From: Paraspadella gotoi
Lineage: Eukaryota > Animalia > Chaetognatha
NCBI GenBank assembly: GCA_051294375.1
Contig: JBJCIZ010000290.1
Location: forward strand, 1 to 39,904
Direction: 5' to 3'
Length of the DNA: 39,904 bases
Part shown: piece by piece, positions 12,345-23,804 of the stretch
How positions within the stretch are numbered: the stretch's first letter is position 1
Layout: the number at the start of each line of letters is the position of its first letter
Notes under the pieces: generated by a model
What the model saw: only the letters and a program-made list of their open reading frames with translations
Told to the model about the DNA's origin: nothing
The model's database searches: none
Position numbers and translations under genes: made by a program

Positions 12345-12778
12345 TTAAGGCGTAGATGAAGTACATACGAAATTCCTAAAGTCAATTATTTGAACAACAT
12401 ACGCCATCATGATAATTAATTTGTAAAATAAAAATTAATTTTTAGTGTTTTTTAATTTTCGCAGTGGGCTGTACTTTAATATAGTAGCTTAGGTCCTCTA
12501 TAAAAGATCGAACAAATTTCAAAGATAAGCTTATATAATTTTTGGATTGAGCAGATTTGATTCCTCGTCAAAGTTGATAAAAGAAATAATGAATCATTTT
12601 TAAAAATTCTTCGATAAGTGGGTTAAAAATTAAAAAAAACTATATTTTAAGTATATTATAAAAAGGTTAATTTCAGCTAAAAATATATGCTTTTTCTAAT
12701 TTTGACCCACTTAATGAAGGAATTTATCCAAAACGAGTTATATTTTCTTTTTATCAACTTTTTTATTGACAAATCCAG
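12345..12778. mobile_element. MITE, truncated by the assembly gap
   Basis: Starts TTAAGGCGTAG and is colinear with the complete element at 32184-32798. Confidence 0.7.
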
Positions 12779-12803
12779 NNNNNNNNNNNNNNNNNNNNNN
12801 NNN
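12779..12803. other. Assembly gap (25 N)
   Basis: Run of N. Confidence 1.
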
Positions 12804-13321
12804 ATACATGTGCGTTGCGTGGAAGCATTCCTTGCGGCTGCCCATGTTTTAGGAGACGTAAGGGCGCGCACGGAGTAGCGCGGTAGTTATATAATCAGAG
12901 AAATAAAAAAGGACAATCTCTGTGCTCTGCCTATATTTTTTGAAACACATGTTAATAACTTATTTCCCGTAACATAAAAAAATTCAAATAAATTCGCTGG
13001 TCAATTTTTCCCGCTTCTATTCGAATTCTCTCTTCTGTTCCAAATCTGCAAAAAAATCTTAGAAAAAACTGCTTTGAAGGTGAAAATTTCGTTTTGCTCT
13101 CTTTCTATTCTTTTTTTATTCGTCGTGGCTCACCACGTGTTGCAGGAGATATTAATGCTAAGAGGTTTAGATCGAGAATAAATTTATTCTGAGGGACATT
13201 TTAGGGACAATTAAGGACATGTTTAACAGGGTCACACAAACGGTGAGAGAGAGAGAGAGAGAGAGAGAGAGTAACTTTGAAGGTCACGAGTCTGCCACAC
13301 AAGTTTACTCATGTTAACTTA

Positions 13322-13693
13322 TGTTAAGGCAAGCGATCACTCAATTTAAACTTCGAAATACCATCACAGATGAATAAAACGCGGAAACAGAGAAAAGGAT
13401 TAAGGAAGAGGATTCCGGAAGAGGAAGAAGATTCTGGAATGATCTTGAACGGGATTTTGGAAGCCAAATCCACAAAAGGAACAATACCTTCCGGAAGAGG
13501 AAAAGAAGGTTCCAGAAGAGGATAAGAAGGATTCCGGAAGAGGAATCTGGCTTCGTCCACTTGCCCATTATAAATAGCTTCTGTTTCTTTTTTATTCACT
13601 GTCCAAAAATTGACACCGTCTTCTCTCGTCTATTTTTCTGATGATAAAATTTCACTTTGATTTCATGTTGAAATCCCTGTCTACTTACTTAAA
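13322..13693 (+). mobile_element. Probable LTR of a tRNA-Leu-primed retrotransposon
   Basis: Starts TGTTAAG, ends CTTAAA (imperfect inverted end), TATAAATA near 13568, internal TTCCGGAAGAGGA repeats, followed after 2 nt by TGGTGGCAGCGG. Confidence 0.45.
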
Positions 13694-13695
13694 TG

Positions 13696-13741
13696 TGGTG
13701 GCAGCGGTGAGATTCGAACCCACGCCTCCGAAGAGACTGAT
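13696..13741 (-). pseudogene. 3' half of tRNA-Leu including CCA (retro-copied fragment / over-extended PBS)
   Basis: Minus strand ATCAG-TCTCTTCGGAGG-CGTGGGTTCGAATCTCACCGCTGCCA-CCA: long variable arm, T arm and acceptor strand of eukaryotic tRNA-Leu. No 5' half. Confidence 0.85.
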
Positions 13742-13744
13742 ACA

Positions 13745-14166
13745 CTAAAACGGATTTAGAAAGTAGATCTTCTGACGATTCCGAAAATGTATTCACTTTC
13801 TCTTTTTGTCAAATCCGTTGCCGTTTATTCAAACTTTTTATTACTATATAAAATAAAAGAAACCTATCGGAGGATTTGGAGTCCAAACAGAGAAGCGGAT
13901 TTTTATGAAATTTTAAAGAATTTACTTTAGGTCAATGGTACAAAAGTTACGAGAGGGATTTTGAAAATTCATTTTCCTTCATAAGAAAAAAGTAGTTTTT
14001 AAGGATTAATCCTAACTATCTTGCAAACAAAAAACTAATTTCAAAATTCCTCTCGTAACTTTTCTCCCACTTTTCCACTCTTACCGAAAATATTTTTTTG
14101 TAAATATTTCGACAAACGGTTTTAACTCCAACTCTTTGTTGTTTATGATGTTTCTGATCCCTGGCC
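13745..14166. mobile_element. Partial Kolobok-type TTAA element
   Basis: Colinear with 20790-21190. Ends TGATCCCTGGCC-TTAA. Confidence 0.6.
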
Positions 14167-14348
14167 TTAACCATTTCCTTCTTTCTCTCCTTGGTCTCAG
14201 CCTAAGTTATAGTTCATTCAAATAGCGATGTCGCCGGCGATTCACGCATGAGTCGCAGGTGTGGATTCGGTTTAGGGTTAGGGCCACGGAGGCCGAGGCG
14301 CGAGCGATTCTCTCTCGTGATGAGGGTTAATTTATGAAATTGGTACAA

Positions 14349-15097
14349 TGTGGCGGTATATTCACACCGCCTCACGTCCACCATCCTTTCAGCCAAATCC
14401 ATTGGCTCAGAGGGGGAACACACCATCCCAAGCGTAGTGTTCCATCCACAGTCCTAACGACTTCCCTCTGCGTTGGCAAAGCGAGACCGTCCTAGGGTAA
14501 CTGCGCCAGTGACTGGAGGCGTCACTGAGGGTCGGAAGCCCCCAAAGCCAACAGTGAGATGCCCCATCCCAATGGGCATCACAGGCAACCGGCTGTTGCC
14601 ATAAGTGGTGAGCCCTACTATCGAACACGCAACCTTCTCAGGGTACGCTACGACAAACGCCTATGCCCTGCCGACTTCGGGTACGCTATGACAAAGCCTA
14701 TGCCCCTGGGGTTACGCTACGACAAACGCCTATGCCCCACAACTCGCGCTCGCTCTCTCTCTCTCTCTCCCACTATGGTAACAGTCTTGTCAGACACCTC
14801 TCAGGCTTGAGGACCTGAGTGATGTCTTGGCCCGGGATCCTGTGCGGTATATTCACACCGCCTCACGTCCACCATCTCTTCAGCCAAATCCATTGGCTCA
14901 GAGGGGGAACACACCATCCCAAAGTTAGTGTTCCATCCACAGTCCTACACGACTTCCCTCTGCGTTGGCAAAGCGAGACCGTCCCATGGGTAACCGCGCC
15001 AGTGACTGGAGGCGTCACTGAGGGTCGGAAGCCCCCGAAGCCAACAGTGAGATGCCCCATCCCAATGGGCATCACAGGCAACCCGGCTGTTGCCATA
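14349..15097 (+). mobile_element. TRIM, copy 2
   Basis: LTRs 14349-14603 and 14841-15097, same PBS and interior as copy 1, exact 4-bp TSD ACAA (14345-14348 and 15098-15101). Confidence 0.92.
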
Positions 15098-16066
15098 ACA
15101 ACCAATATAAAAAATATATTAGAAGAAATTCCATTGTGTTTAAACTTTCTTTTCGTTGCGTTTTGTAATTAGATGCGAAATTATTTCAATTCAACAATGA
15201 TTTATTTAAATGAATAAGTTTAAGTAAATAAATCGTTGTTAAATTGAAATATTTTCGCATCTAATTACAAAAAAATACAAAAATTCCATATTTTATTATG
15301 TTTACAGAATCGCTTTTAAATTTATGTCAAAAAGTTCTCTCGATTTCTAATCTTCACTCTGTTCTAGAACGTAAAGTGATAAAGCCTCCCTCTTTGCATT
15401 CGGGAAAAGAGAGAAATCTCGCTCAATGAAAAACTCATCACTTGGCGTTTTATAACAGAAACTTCCTCAACAACGAAGTCGCTCAGCAAATCGACGACGA
15501 CGAAGATGACGACGAGGACGACGACGACAATGGCAGCGGGAGTCATTCTATCAAGGAAGGTCAACAGAAGGTTCATGTTTGTGTTGATGGAACGGAAGGG
15601 AGAATTACAATAAAAGAAAAAAAGAAAAAAAGAAAAAGATAAAAGTAGCACATAAAAAAGATAAGAATCTTAGAAAGAAAAAAAAAGATGACCAAAAAAG
15701 TCATAAAAACAAACATGTTTTCAATGTCATCTCATATTTGATATTTGATGATAAAAATTCAGTGAACAATGACACGCTAAATAAAAATCATTTAAAATAA
15801 AAAAAAAATCTGACTCAAAGTGATATAAAGTCAGCATATTTAGACTTAATATTTCCGTTCCACAGGGTCCGGCAGCTCTTTTAGTAATCACCTTGGGTCC
15901 TCACAATTTTAGAAGTTGAATGTAAAATAAAATTGATGTTGATGCCTCTCTCTTTCTCTCTCTCTCTTACCAAATTTCGTTTCTCTTCAAAATCTTATTC
16001 AAATCTGTCTTGAACTTACCCTGTCCTAAACACTGTTCTTTTTCTCAATTCTGTTGGAAACTTTGG

Positions 16067-16099
<33 letters not shown>

Positions 16100-17235
16100 G
16101 ATGGACGGATAGACAAACAGAGACATATACATCTCAATCACACACTTCCCTACCCGCACACAAAATTTCATTCCAATCCATCCATGCAATCACGAGTAAT
16201 TGGTGTTTTTTGCTAAGGTGGGACGGACGGACGGACGGACGGACGGACGGATGGACACAGAGACAGACAGACAGACATCATTTTTTTGCATAATTTATCA
16301 TAATTTGATGTTCTGACATGATATAAGTGAATGCCCGACAAGATTGAGGGGCGGACAGAGTCCTAAGGGGTGAACTGAGGTAATATTTTGCCTGATTAAC
16401 TGAGCAAAGTGTTGATAAAGAGTTAATAAAGAGTTGAAACTTGTCCGACTTATATCCAATAATAAAAATCGTTGTTGACCTTTAAAAACTGTTTTTTCCT
16501 AATTTGTTATTACTATATTTTAAGCCTAAAAATACTTTTCCCAGATGGCATGAAATATGAGCATCAGCATTAAGTATGTAAACTACTTGGCTACTACCAG
16601 ACCCAGAACCAATAAAATTATTAAAGAAGATTAATTCATTGATAAATAAAAAAATTAACAGATAATAAAGAAATTAGTAATAACAATAAGGATGCATACA
16701 TTTAAAGATATTTGCAATGTAACATTTAGTTGTATCCTGATATGATTGATAAGATTAAAACCTTGATCAAAGATGATGTAAAAATATACACAAGTCACCC
16801 AAAAATGTTTTGTATCTTATTTAGAATGTCAAAGCTCATTAGAATTCTTTGCAGAATATGATATGGATTACACAATACCTCCCTAGCTGATTATATTTAA
16901 AAATTTGAGCTCGATATGGAAAGTAAATATCCTATGGATATGATTTTAAAATAAAAAAATCTAAAAAAATTCTTCTATTTTTTCATCATTAACAAAGATT
17001 TTAACTCAAAGTAAAAAATGACATTCTTGAACATACTGAAAAATGTTTATCTTAATTAAAAACAACTATATAATAGACTCCAACCCCTGTCACCAAACAC
17101 CAAATAGCAAACATATTTTTAGCTATTAATTTTTTTTATAAAATTATTTTATCTTTCATTAAAAACATTTGGGCTAAAACTAATTGAATTTCAATGTTGA
17201 GCAAATTAAATTTTTATATTTGATAAAGATTTGTT

Positions 17236-19653
17236 AAGTGTCATCTCATGCACCGAGTAGTTTGATAAGAAAAACATCGATTTGGGAAACAGTGCTAATT
17301 TTATTTAAGACCATGCATTCAACCATTTAGCTGGTTCATTATTCAAGGCCAGAGAAATTGTGGTGAGGTAAAAAATTATTTACAAATAAGAGAGGTGAGA
17401 GGAAGAGGAGGAGACTCAGAGAGAGAGAAAGAGAGAGAGAGAGAGAAACTTTCAACCAAAAAGGGATTAATCCCTCAGCTTAGACATGAACGGTCAATAT
17501 TCTTAAAAAAGCAAAAAACCCGAAGTCAAACCTGACTATCGAGCAAAGAAAGGGACTTGCCTACTTAAAAAAACACAAACAAGACCTTGCTGTCACTGAA
17601 TTCGACAAGGGGAAAGGTTTTGTAACAATCAAACAAACGGAATTGGTGAAAAAAACAATGGAACAATTTCAAAATACAACGGCGAACACTCCTGATAAGA
17701 CGGGAACGTATGAGGAAAAATCCAACGTCATCTTCGAGAACTAAAAAAAAAGGGAAAGATAGATGATGATGATTACAAAAATATATTTCCCACAGGGTCA
17801 ACCACTCCTGCCGCTCAGGTAGGCAATAAAAGACACAAACCTGCAAAGAACTACCCAGCTCGCTCAATCATATCACATGTCAACGCACCTCAAGAAAAAT
17901 TAGCGGCTTTTCTAAATGAACTCCTTAAAAATTTATACTGAGTCTGATTTGACTTGTAAAAACTCAGTCGAGTTTGTCGAGACAATGAAAAAATCAAAAA
18001 TAAAAAAGACTGATGTTATTGGAAGTCTGGATGCGGAAGCTCTTTTCCCGTCAGTTCCAATTGATGACTGCATAAAAGTGATCAAAGACAAACTCGAAAA
18101 TGATAAGACGCTCGCGGCGCGCACCAAACTGAGCCCACCAGAGATAATCCAGCTTATAAAGCTTTGTGTTGAAAAATGCAATTTTGTCTATGACAACCGA
18201 CACTTTACAGCTGAAAACTCCGGCGCCCATAGGCTTATCCCTGATGGTAACAATAAGCCAAATCTGGATGGACCACACTGTCAGATCAGCGCTCAAAATT
18301 ATGGAAGAAAAAAAACAAAGTCTTCCGCGCCTCCTAACGATCTACGTGGATGATACTTACTGTGTCATGGAGGATAAAGGCCACATCGGAGGGGCCTAAG
18401 AAGCAGTCCAGTTATACAGACCCTTTTGATGATTTCAATGCGGCACTCAACTCCATCCATCCCCGCATTCGTTTCACAAGAGAATTGGAAGAAGATTGAA
18501 AACTTCCATTTTGGACGTTTTAGCAAAAAAAAGATGATGGAACCCTTGAAACTTCTGTCTACCGAAAACCAACAGCGACAAACGTTACCCTGAAACCGCA
18601 ATCCTGTCACCATCCTAATGTCCACATATCAACACTTAAGGGTGAGCTTTGTCGTGCCAAAAATTATGCTCCTCAACGGAATTATTGGAAAAAGAAAAAA
18701 AACTTATCCTAGACATATATGAAGACAATGGCCATACAGAAAGACTTTACAAAAATTACTGATGAATACCATCCATCAGATAAAAGCCGAAAACAAAGAC
18801 AACAACTACAGCAACAACAAGACGTACTACAACGATCACAACAACAACCAACTGTAGCAAACCTTTTGCTGAACTGCCTTTCCATAACGACACAAAATAC
18901 GAACTCCGCCCTTATGCTACACTTCCATACCTTCCAGGTATCACCCAACAACTGCAAAGAGCTTTTAAAAAGGCAGGAGCATCACTCTTATCAGGAGCGG
19001 ACAGACGCTGGCAAACATCCTCTGCGCCCCAAACAAAACAAAGCCGTCACCAAAAAAGGGACGCGGAATCTATAGCTTTTCGTTGCTCTTGCTCTCCTAA
19101 GGCTCGATACATTGGAGAAACCTGTCGTAGTTTGAAACTCGAACGGCAGCAGAACACAAAAGAGCAGCGAGTCGGGTAATTGGCGTCATTCCGGCTTGAC
19201 ACAACATCGAGAGCATTGCGATGCCCCTTATCTGGGAACCTGAAATCATCTCTCAGCCACGAATCAAAAACCAAAGAATGCTCAAGCACCATCTAAGAGT
19301 GGAAGAAGCTCTTTGGATTCGTCATTTTGATTGTGGACCAGGCAAAGGGCTCAACAAAGACAAAGGAGCATACGTGAAAACAGATGCATGGAAGCCAATC
19401 CTGGACCACCTACATCCCGGATGAGAAAACAGGGGGGAGGGGGATGGGGGATTAATCCCTTTTTGGTTGAAAGTTCTCTCTCTCTCTCTTTCTCTCTCTC
19501 TGAGTCTCCTCCTCTTCCTCTCACCTTCTCTTATTTGTAAATAATTTTTTACCTCACCACAATTCTCTGGCCTTGAATAATGAACCAGCTAAATGGTTGA
19601 ATGCATGGTCTAAATAAAATTAGCACTGTTTCCCAAATCGATGTTTTTCTTTA
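17236..19653 (+). mobile_element. Penelope-like retroelement, 5'-truncated, with inverted pseudo-LTR
   Basis: Inverted ~210-bp repeats 17264-17474 and 19448-19653, 28-bp tail at 17236-17263, duplicated flank TTGATAAAGATT(T)TGTT at 17220 and 19654, RT and GIY-YIG inside. Confidence 0.92.
17487..19424 (+). pseudogene. Penelope-type reverse transcriptase plus GIY-YIG endonuclease (frameshifted)
   Basis: DKGKGFV (~17604), SLDAEALFPSVP (~18025), APIGLSL (~18225), YVDD (18343-18354), LPFLDV and SVYRKPT (~18500-18575), GIY (19065) ... CSC ... YIGET (19108), EEALWI...GLNKDKG before TGA 19424. Some frameshifts may be sequencing errors. Confidence 0.93.
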
Positions 19654-19876
19654 TTGATAAAGATTTTGTTTAAAAATTAATACAGAAAAATATCCTATTT
19701 GTTATTTTTTTAATTTTATATGAAAATTTGTCAATTACTGTTTCACTATTTTATATTTTTATATTTTATGAATATTTTACTATTTAAACTTTGTGTGTAA
19801 CTCCTTTCACTCTCTCTCTCTCTCTCTCCCTCTTCTTCTTTTGCAGAAAAATTTGTGAGCATTTCACAAAAACTTT

Positions 19877-19919
19877 GACGCTGATGAAGGCTCAAACTGT
19901 GAGCCGAAACATGTTCGTC
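19877..19919 (+). ncRNA. Minimal type I hammerhead ribozyme in a solo pseudo-LTR fragment
   Basis: GACG-CTGATGA-A-GGCTC-loop-GAGCC-GAAAC-AT-GTT-CGTC, AATAAA at 19924. Confidence 0.85.
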
Positions 19920-20743
19920 TAACAATAAAAATTGTTGTTGTTGCAATTAAATAATTCGTCTCCTTAATTTATTTAAATTATATTATTTTATTATATATAT
20001 ATTACTTTTTAAAAATATTATTTGCTTATTATATCTAAGAACTCATTTTAGGAGGGGGAGGTCAGTGTTGTCTTCTGGAAATATAAGGAGCATCTATACA
20101 ACACAAAAGTTAGAATACAAGAGAATACAAATAGACTACAATATTTAATTTAATATCATTTGGCTTCAAATTATTAAAGATAACCTTTCCTTTTTAAATC
20201 TTAGCAAATTAGATCTTAAGTTTATCAGTTATATCTTATATCTTAGTTTTAAAGATCCTTTCCTCAATTAAAAATTGCTTACTTTTATTCAGTTAACTAC
20301 TAGGTAAACCAAAAAATTGTCTATTACCTACTTAAGAAAAAATCTTTGCCTAAGTTCACCCATTAGGACCGACGGACCGACAAAGTGGATTATAGAGTCG
20401 GGATCTGCTGATCAGCAGATCCGACTAAAAATTATAAATAGTGTGAAATAAAAAAAGAAATTGCAAGATTAATGTGCCGAAAATCCCCCGATAAACCTTT
20501 CAATTATAATTATTGATGATTCCATCGTTTTTAACTCTTTATTCCTATTACGTCATCGGTTCCGGTCTCAAAAATCCTCTCCTCTTCCTCCTCCTCATCC
20601 TACTCCTCTTCCTCCTCCTCGAATCTCTCTCGCATTCCGTAAACTCACGATCCAATGATCAGTTGAAATCTCCTTTCCTCCAAATAATTATTTTATTCTA
20701 TAAAATACGTTAGACGATATTTTGGTTACCATGAAGATCTTAA

Positions 20744-21998
20744 GGCCTGGGATCACTGGCCAAAAGTTATAATTAGGTTAAATAAAGCTTGTATTCAGAA
20801 AAGTAGAGGTCCAGTTGATTCTGAAAATGTATTCACTTTATCTTCTCTTCGAATCCATTGCTGTTTTTTCGAATTTTATAATACTATATAAAATAAAAGA
20901 AACCTTTCGGAAGAGTTGCGGCCCAAACGGCTAAAGGGATTTTCATGAAATTTTACATAAATTTACTTGAGCACAAGGGTCCCAATTCTTTGAGAGGGAT
21001 TTTTAAAATTCACTTATCTTTCATAAGAAAATAAAAGAATAAGAAAATTTTGGCATTAAATTTTAAATATCTTGAAAACTAGTAACATTTTCCAAAATCC
21101 CTCTCATAGAATTTCTCCCACCTTTCCATACTTATAAAAATTAATTTAGTTTATTTTTATTTAAACGGTTTTAGCTCCAACTCTTTTTGTTTATTTATTT
21201 TTTATTTTTTATTTTTTTCTGTAGATTTTACAGAACTGAAAGTCGAGCAAAGAACTTTAAAATCGATACGCTTTTCCAAAATCTATTTTCATTTCTAGTT
21301 TAAATGATGGCTTTACCGATCTTTAAAGTTTTATCCCAAATTTGTACAATTTTTTTTTAATTAACAAATGCTGTGGCTGGGGAAGCAGTCAGTAAACAAG
21401 GAGAATGCTGTTTATTTATTTTTTTCTCAGTCTTGTTTTGAACCAGTTTTGAACCTGGGGAACAGAAACTAAATGTCAAAAGCAGAGCATGAGGCTGGTC
21501 CGTCTGTGGAATCTGTGGCAGTCTATGGCACCATTGAGGGTTGTTATCAAGTGACCCAACTTCAGATGCCAGGGGACGAATGTCTTTGAATTTTACAATT
21601 TTACAATTTTTAATCATTCTTTTTTGTAATAAAATGATAATAGACATCCTCATATAAGCGTTCTGCTCTCTCTCTACATAAAGGTTTATGTTTTCATCAT
21701 TAATTGATTCTATAACATAATTGGAATGACTTGGTTTTAGTTGTTTATTACACTGAGGTAGGTGTGCTGTTAATTGAAAAAAAATTAAAATTTGCGTTTA
21801 AAAATGACTTTACCGTGTTGGATGAAATTTTTAAGGTTTACTGATAAAAAAAATTGCCCGATTTTTAGTTGCCTCTTGAAGCTGAACCTTAATCAAATTT
21901 AGAGTTTTTTTTTTTAAACATGAAGGGAATACACTTTCTTTGACATAATAATAAATTGTACAAAGCTTTATGCAATTCTTGTTTGAATGATCCAGGCC
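20744..21998. mobile_element. Kolobok-type non-autonomous DNA transposon
   Basis: TTAA-GGCCTGGGATCA ... TGATCCAGGCC-TTAA. TTAA TSD with purine termini fits Kolobok rather than piggyBac (CC termini). Confidence 0.75.
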
Positions 21999-23432
21999 TT
22001 AAGCCGAAACGAGTACGTATAATTAGCGAGTTAAACAGCTAGTTTATTTTTTGCTGCAGTTAATTATAATTAGCTTAGCAATTTAATATAAATTGTTAGA
22101 TAGCCAGTTATATTTGTAACCCGTATTTCCTCAGGCTTTTCAACTCCGTTGTCCACACAGTTGTCCACTCCGTTGCCGACGTTACGTTAATAAATGGACA
22201 AGGTGATTCGACAAGCTGATCGGCGACTTTCTTCTATGTTAGTTTCTTGAAGGTAAGTTGAAGAGTAAGGTGGATTGGCTAGCGAATTAAGCTCTATCTC
22301 TCGAATTTTCCTATACTTTATTAAGTGTAGATTCATAAAATTTTGTTAAAAAATTCTTAAATTTAAAAATCAAACGCCTTTTTTTAATATATACATTCTT
22401 TGTACAAACGCGAACTCGGTTTTGAGAATCCGGTGCTCCGATCAAAAGATTCACGCGAAATGAATTCTCCTTTCTTTACGAGATCCGATCGACCAATCAG
22501 AGCGCAGTATTTCGCGTCATGAATTGTTTCTTTAATTGACTGGCAATCAAGCAAAAGTTTTTGGTCAAAGGCTTTTTATTTTTTATTTTAGATATTAATT
22601 ATTTGATATTTTTTATCACAATTAAAAATTAAGCATAAAAATATTATTAGATTTATAAAAATATATAAATTTACTATAACTTTCTCATGAAAACTTTTTG
22701 TTGGGTTTAGTTAATCTCTTGCTTTTTCAAAATTTTACCTCGTTTTTATGGCTTTAAATAACTCTGGGAAGATGGGTATCTAGCTTTGGGTAGGTACTAA
22801 CTAGTCTCTCATCAGGTAAAAGAGGTAAGTAAAGATATGGAGTCTAATAAGTCTAAAGTATAGTAAAGACGGTTATGTACAAAATAAGAGGGAGAGGGAG
22901 GGAGGTTTCTTGTGCCCCGACTTGTGAGTTGAGCTGAGAGTGAATCCTTGGTCCCGGCCCGATGGTTGCCGGAGGGATGAGGAGGAGGGGATGAGGAGGA
23001 GGGGACGACGGGGATGGGGAAGAGCTGTGGCGGTAAACGCCCCTCTATCTTGTAACTAAACATTCAAAGTCGATAATTGACAAATATAACCTCGCCGGTC
23101 ATTCTTTTAACTTGACCTTAACCGGCCACTTTCTTTTCGCGGTCTTGTCGCTTGTACATGTTTTCTTTTAACCGTTTATGAGAGAAACGGATCATTGGGC
23201 AAAGAAACTACTTTGTAAATCACATCGGCCGCCCGCAACTTTAGTTTACACGGGTTTTTGTAATTTCACATTTCTAACTACATTATTCTTGATTTGTCCT
23301 CACGAAAATACAATAAATTCTACATTTATTCTGCATCTTTCAAGATTTAGCAAGAACGCTTTCTCAGATTCTTCAGTTAGCCCATGTTAAAACATTTCTT
23401 TCGGACGGCCGACGCCTGGAACGCTCGATATA

Positions 23433-23804
23433 GTGGGCATAGAAAATCTTAAACAATTTTCTGCAGTGAAAACTGCCCAAAAAATGGGGGAATTGAATCA
23501 ACCTGAGCTTGTAATTGAGCCCAATGGAACTGACGGACAACAAGCAGATAATAACATCAGCGAAATCTCCACCTCCAACGAAACGAGGCCCATACCTGCT
23601 CCGCAATCAGCTCCCAACTCGCCAAGGCTTCCTACAAATAAAAACGCGAACTTTGCCGATGTCAACCCTCAAGCTGATGGTCAACCGCTTTCACGCCAAA
23701 ATTCTGAAATATGTCCAATGACGATCCCAGAGTCAACGCCATTGCAAGAAGACGACTTCAATGAAAGATATCTTAAACAATTTTCTGCAATAACCATTGC
23801 ATAA
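23433..23804 (+). CDS. Possible disordered coding fragment, unknown product
   Basis: 123-codon P/Q/N/S-rich frame with LKQFSA and DGQ...SEI each repeated. Ends at a MITE insertion site. No family recognised. Confidence 0.25.
   Translation: MGIENLKQFSAVKTAQKMGELNQPELVIEPNGTDGQQADNNISEISTSNETRPIPAPQSAPNSPRLPTNKNANFADVNPQADGQPLSRQNSEICPMTIPESTPLQEDDFNERYLKQFSAITIA

Larger units (their letters stand above)
16360..20369. mobile_element. TIR element of unassigned family hosting the Penelope insertion
   Basis: 21-bp imperfect TIR GTCCTAAGGGGTGAACTGAGG / CCTAAGTTCACCCATTAGGAC. No clear TSD and no transposase seen. Confidence 0.65.
16100..20430 (-). mobile_element. HINE 5' part interrupted by a 4-kb insertion
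   Basis: (GGAC)n at 16220, GGGCGGAC at 16349-16356 resumes as CGACGGACCGAC at 20370, terminal hairpin GGATCTGC-TGATCA-GCAGATCC-GACTAAAA. Confidence 0.75.

Noticed and set aside
12098-12355. Coding exon in a GC-richer patch
   Set aside because: No recognisable motif, in-frame stop on the more plausible minus frame, no splice support.
14260-14290. Pistol ribozyme (GTGG...TTAGGGCCACG)
   Set aside because: Downstream AAA linker and CCCTAA pseudoknot partner are absent.
15364-15651. Acidic host exon (DDDEDDD)
   Set aside because: In-frame stop after the candidate acceptor; explained by (GAC)n repeats.
21985-22025. Hammerhead at GCCGAAACGAGTACGTA
   Set aside because: No CTGANGA core either in place or in the reconstructed empty site.
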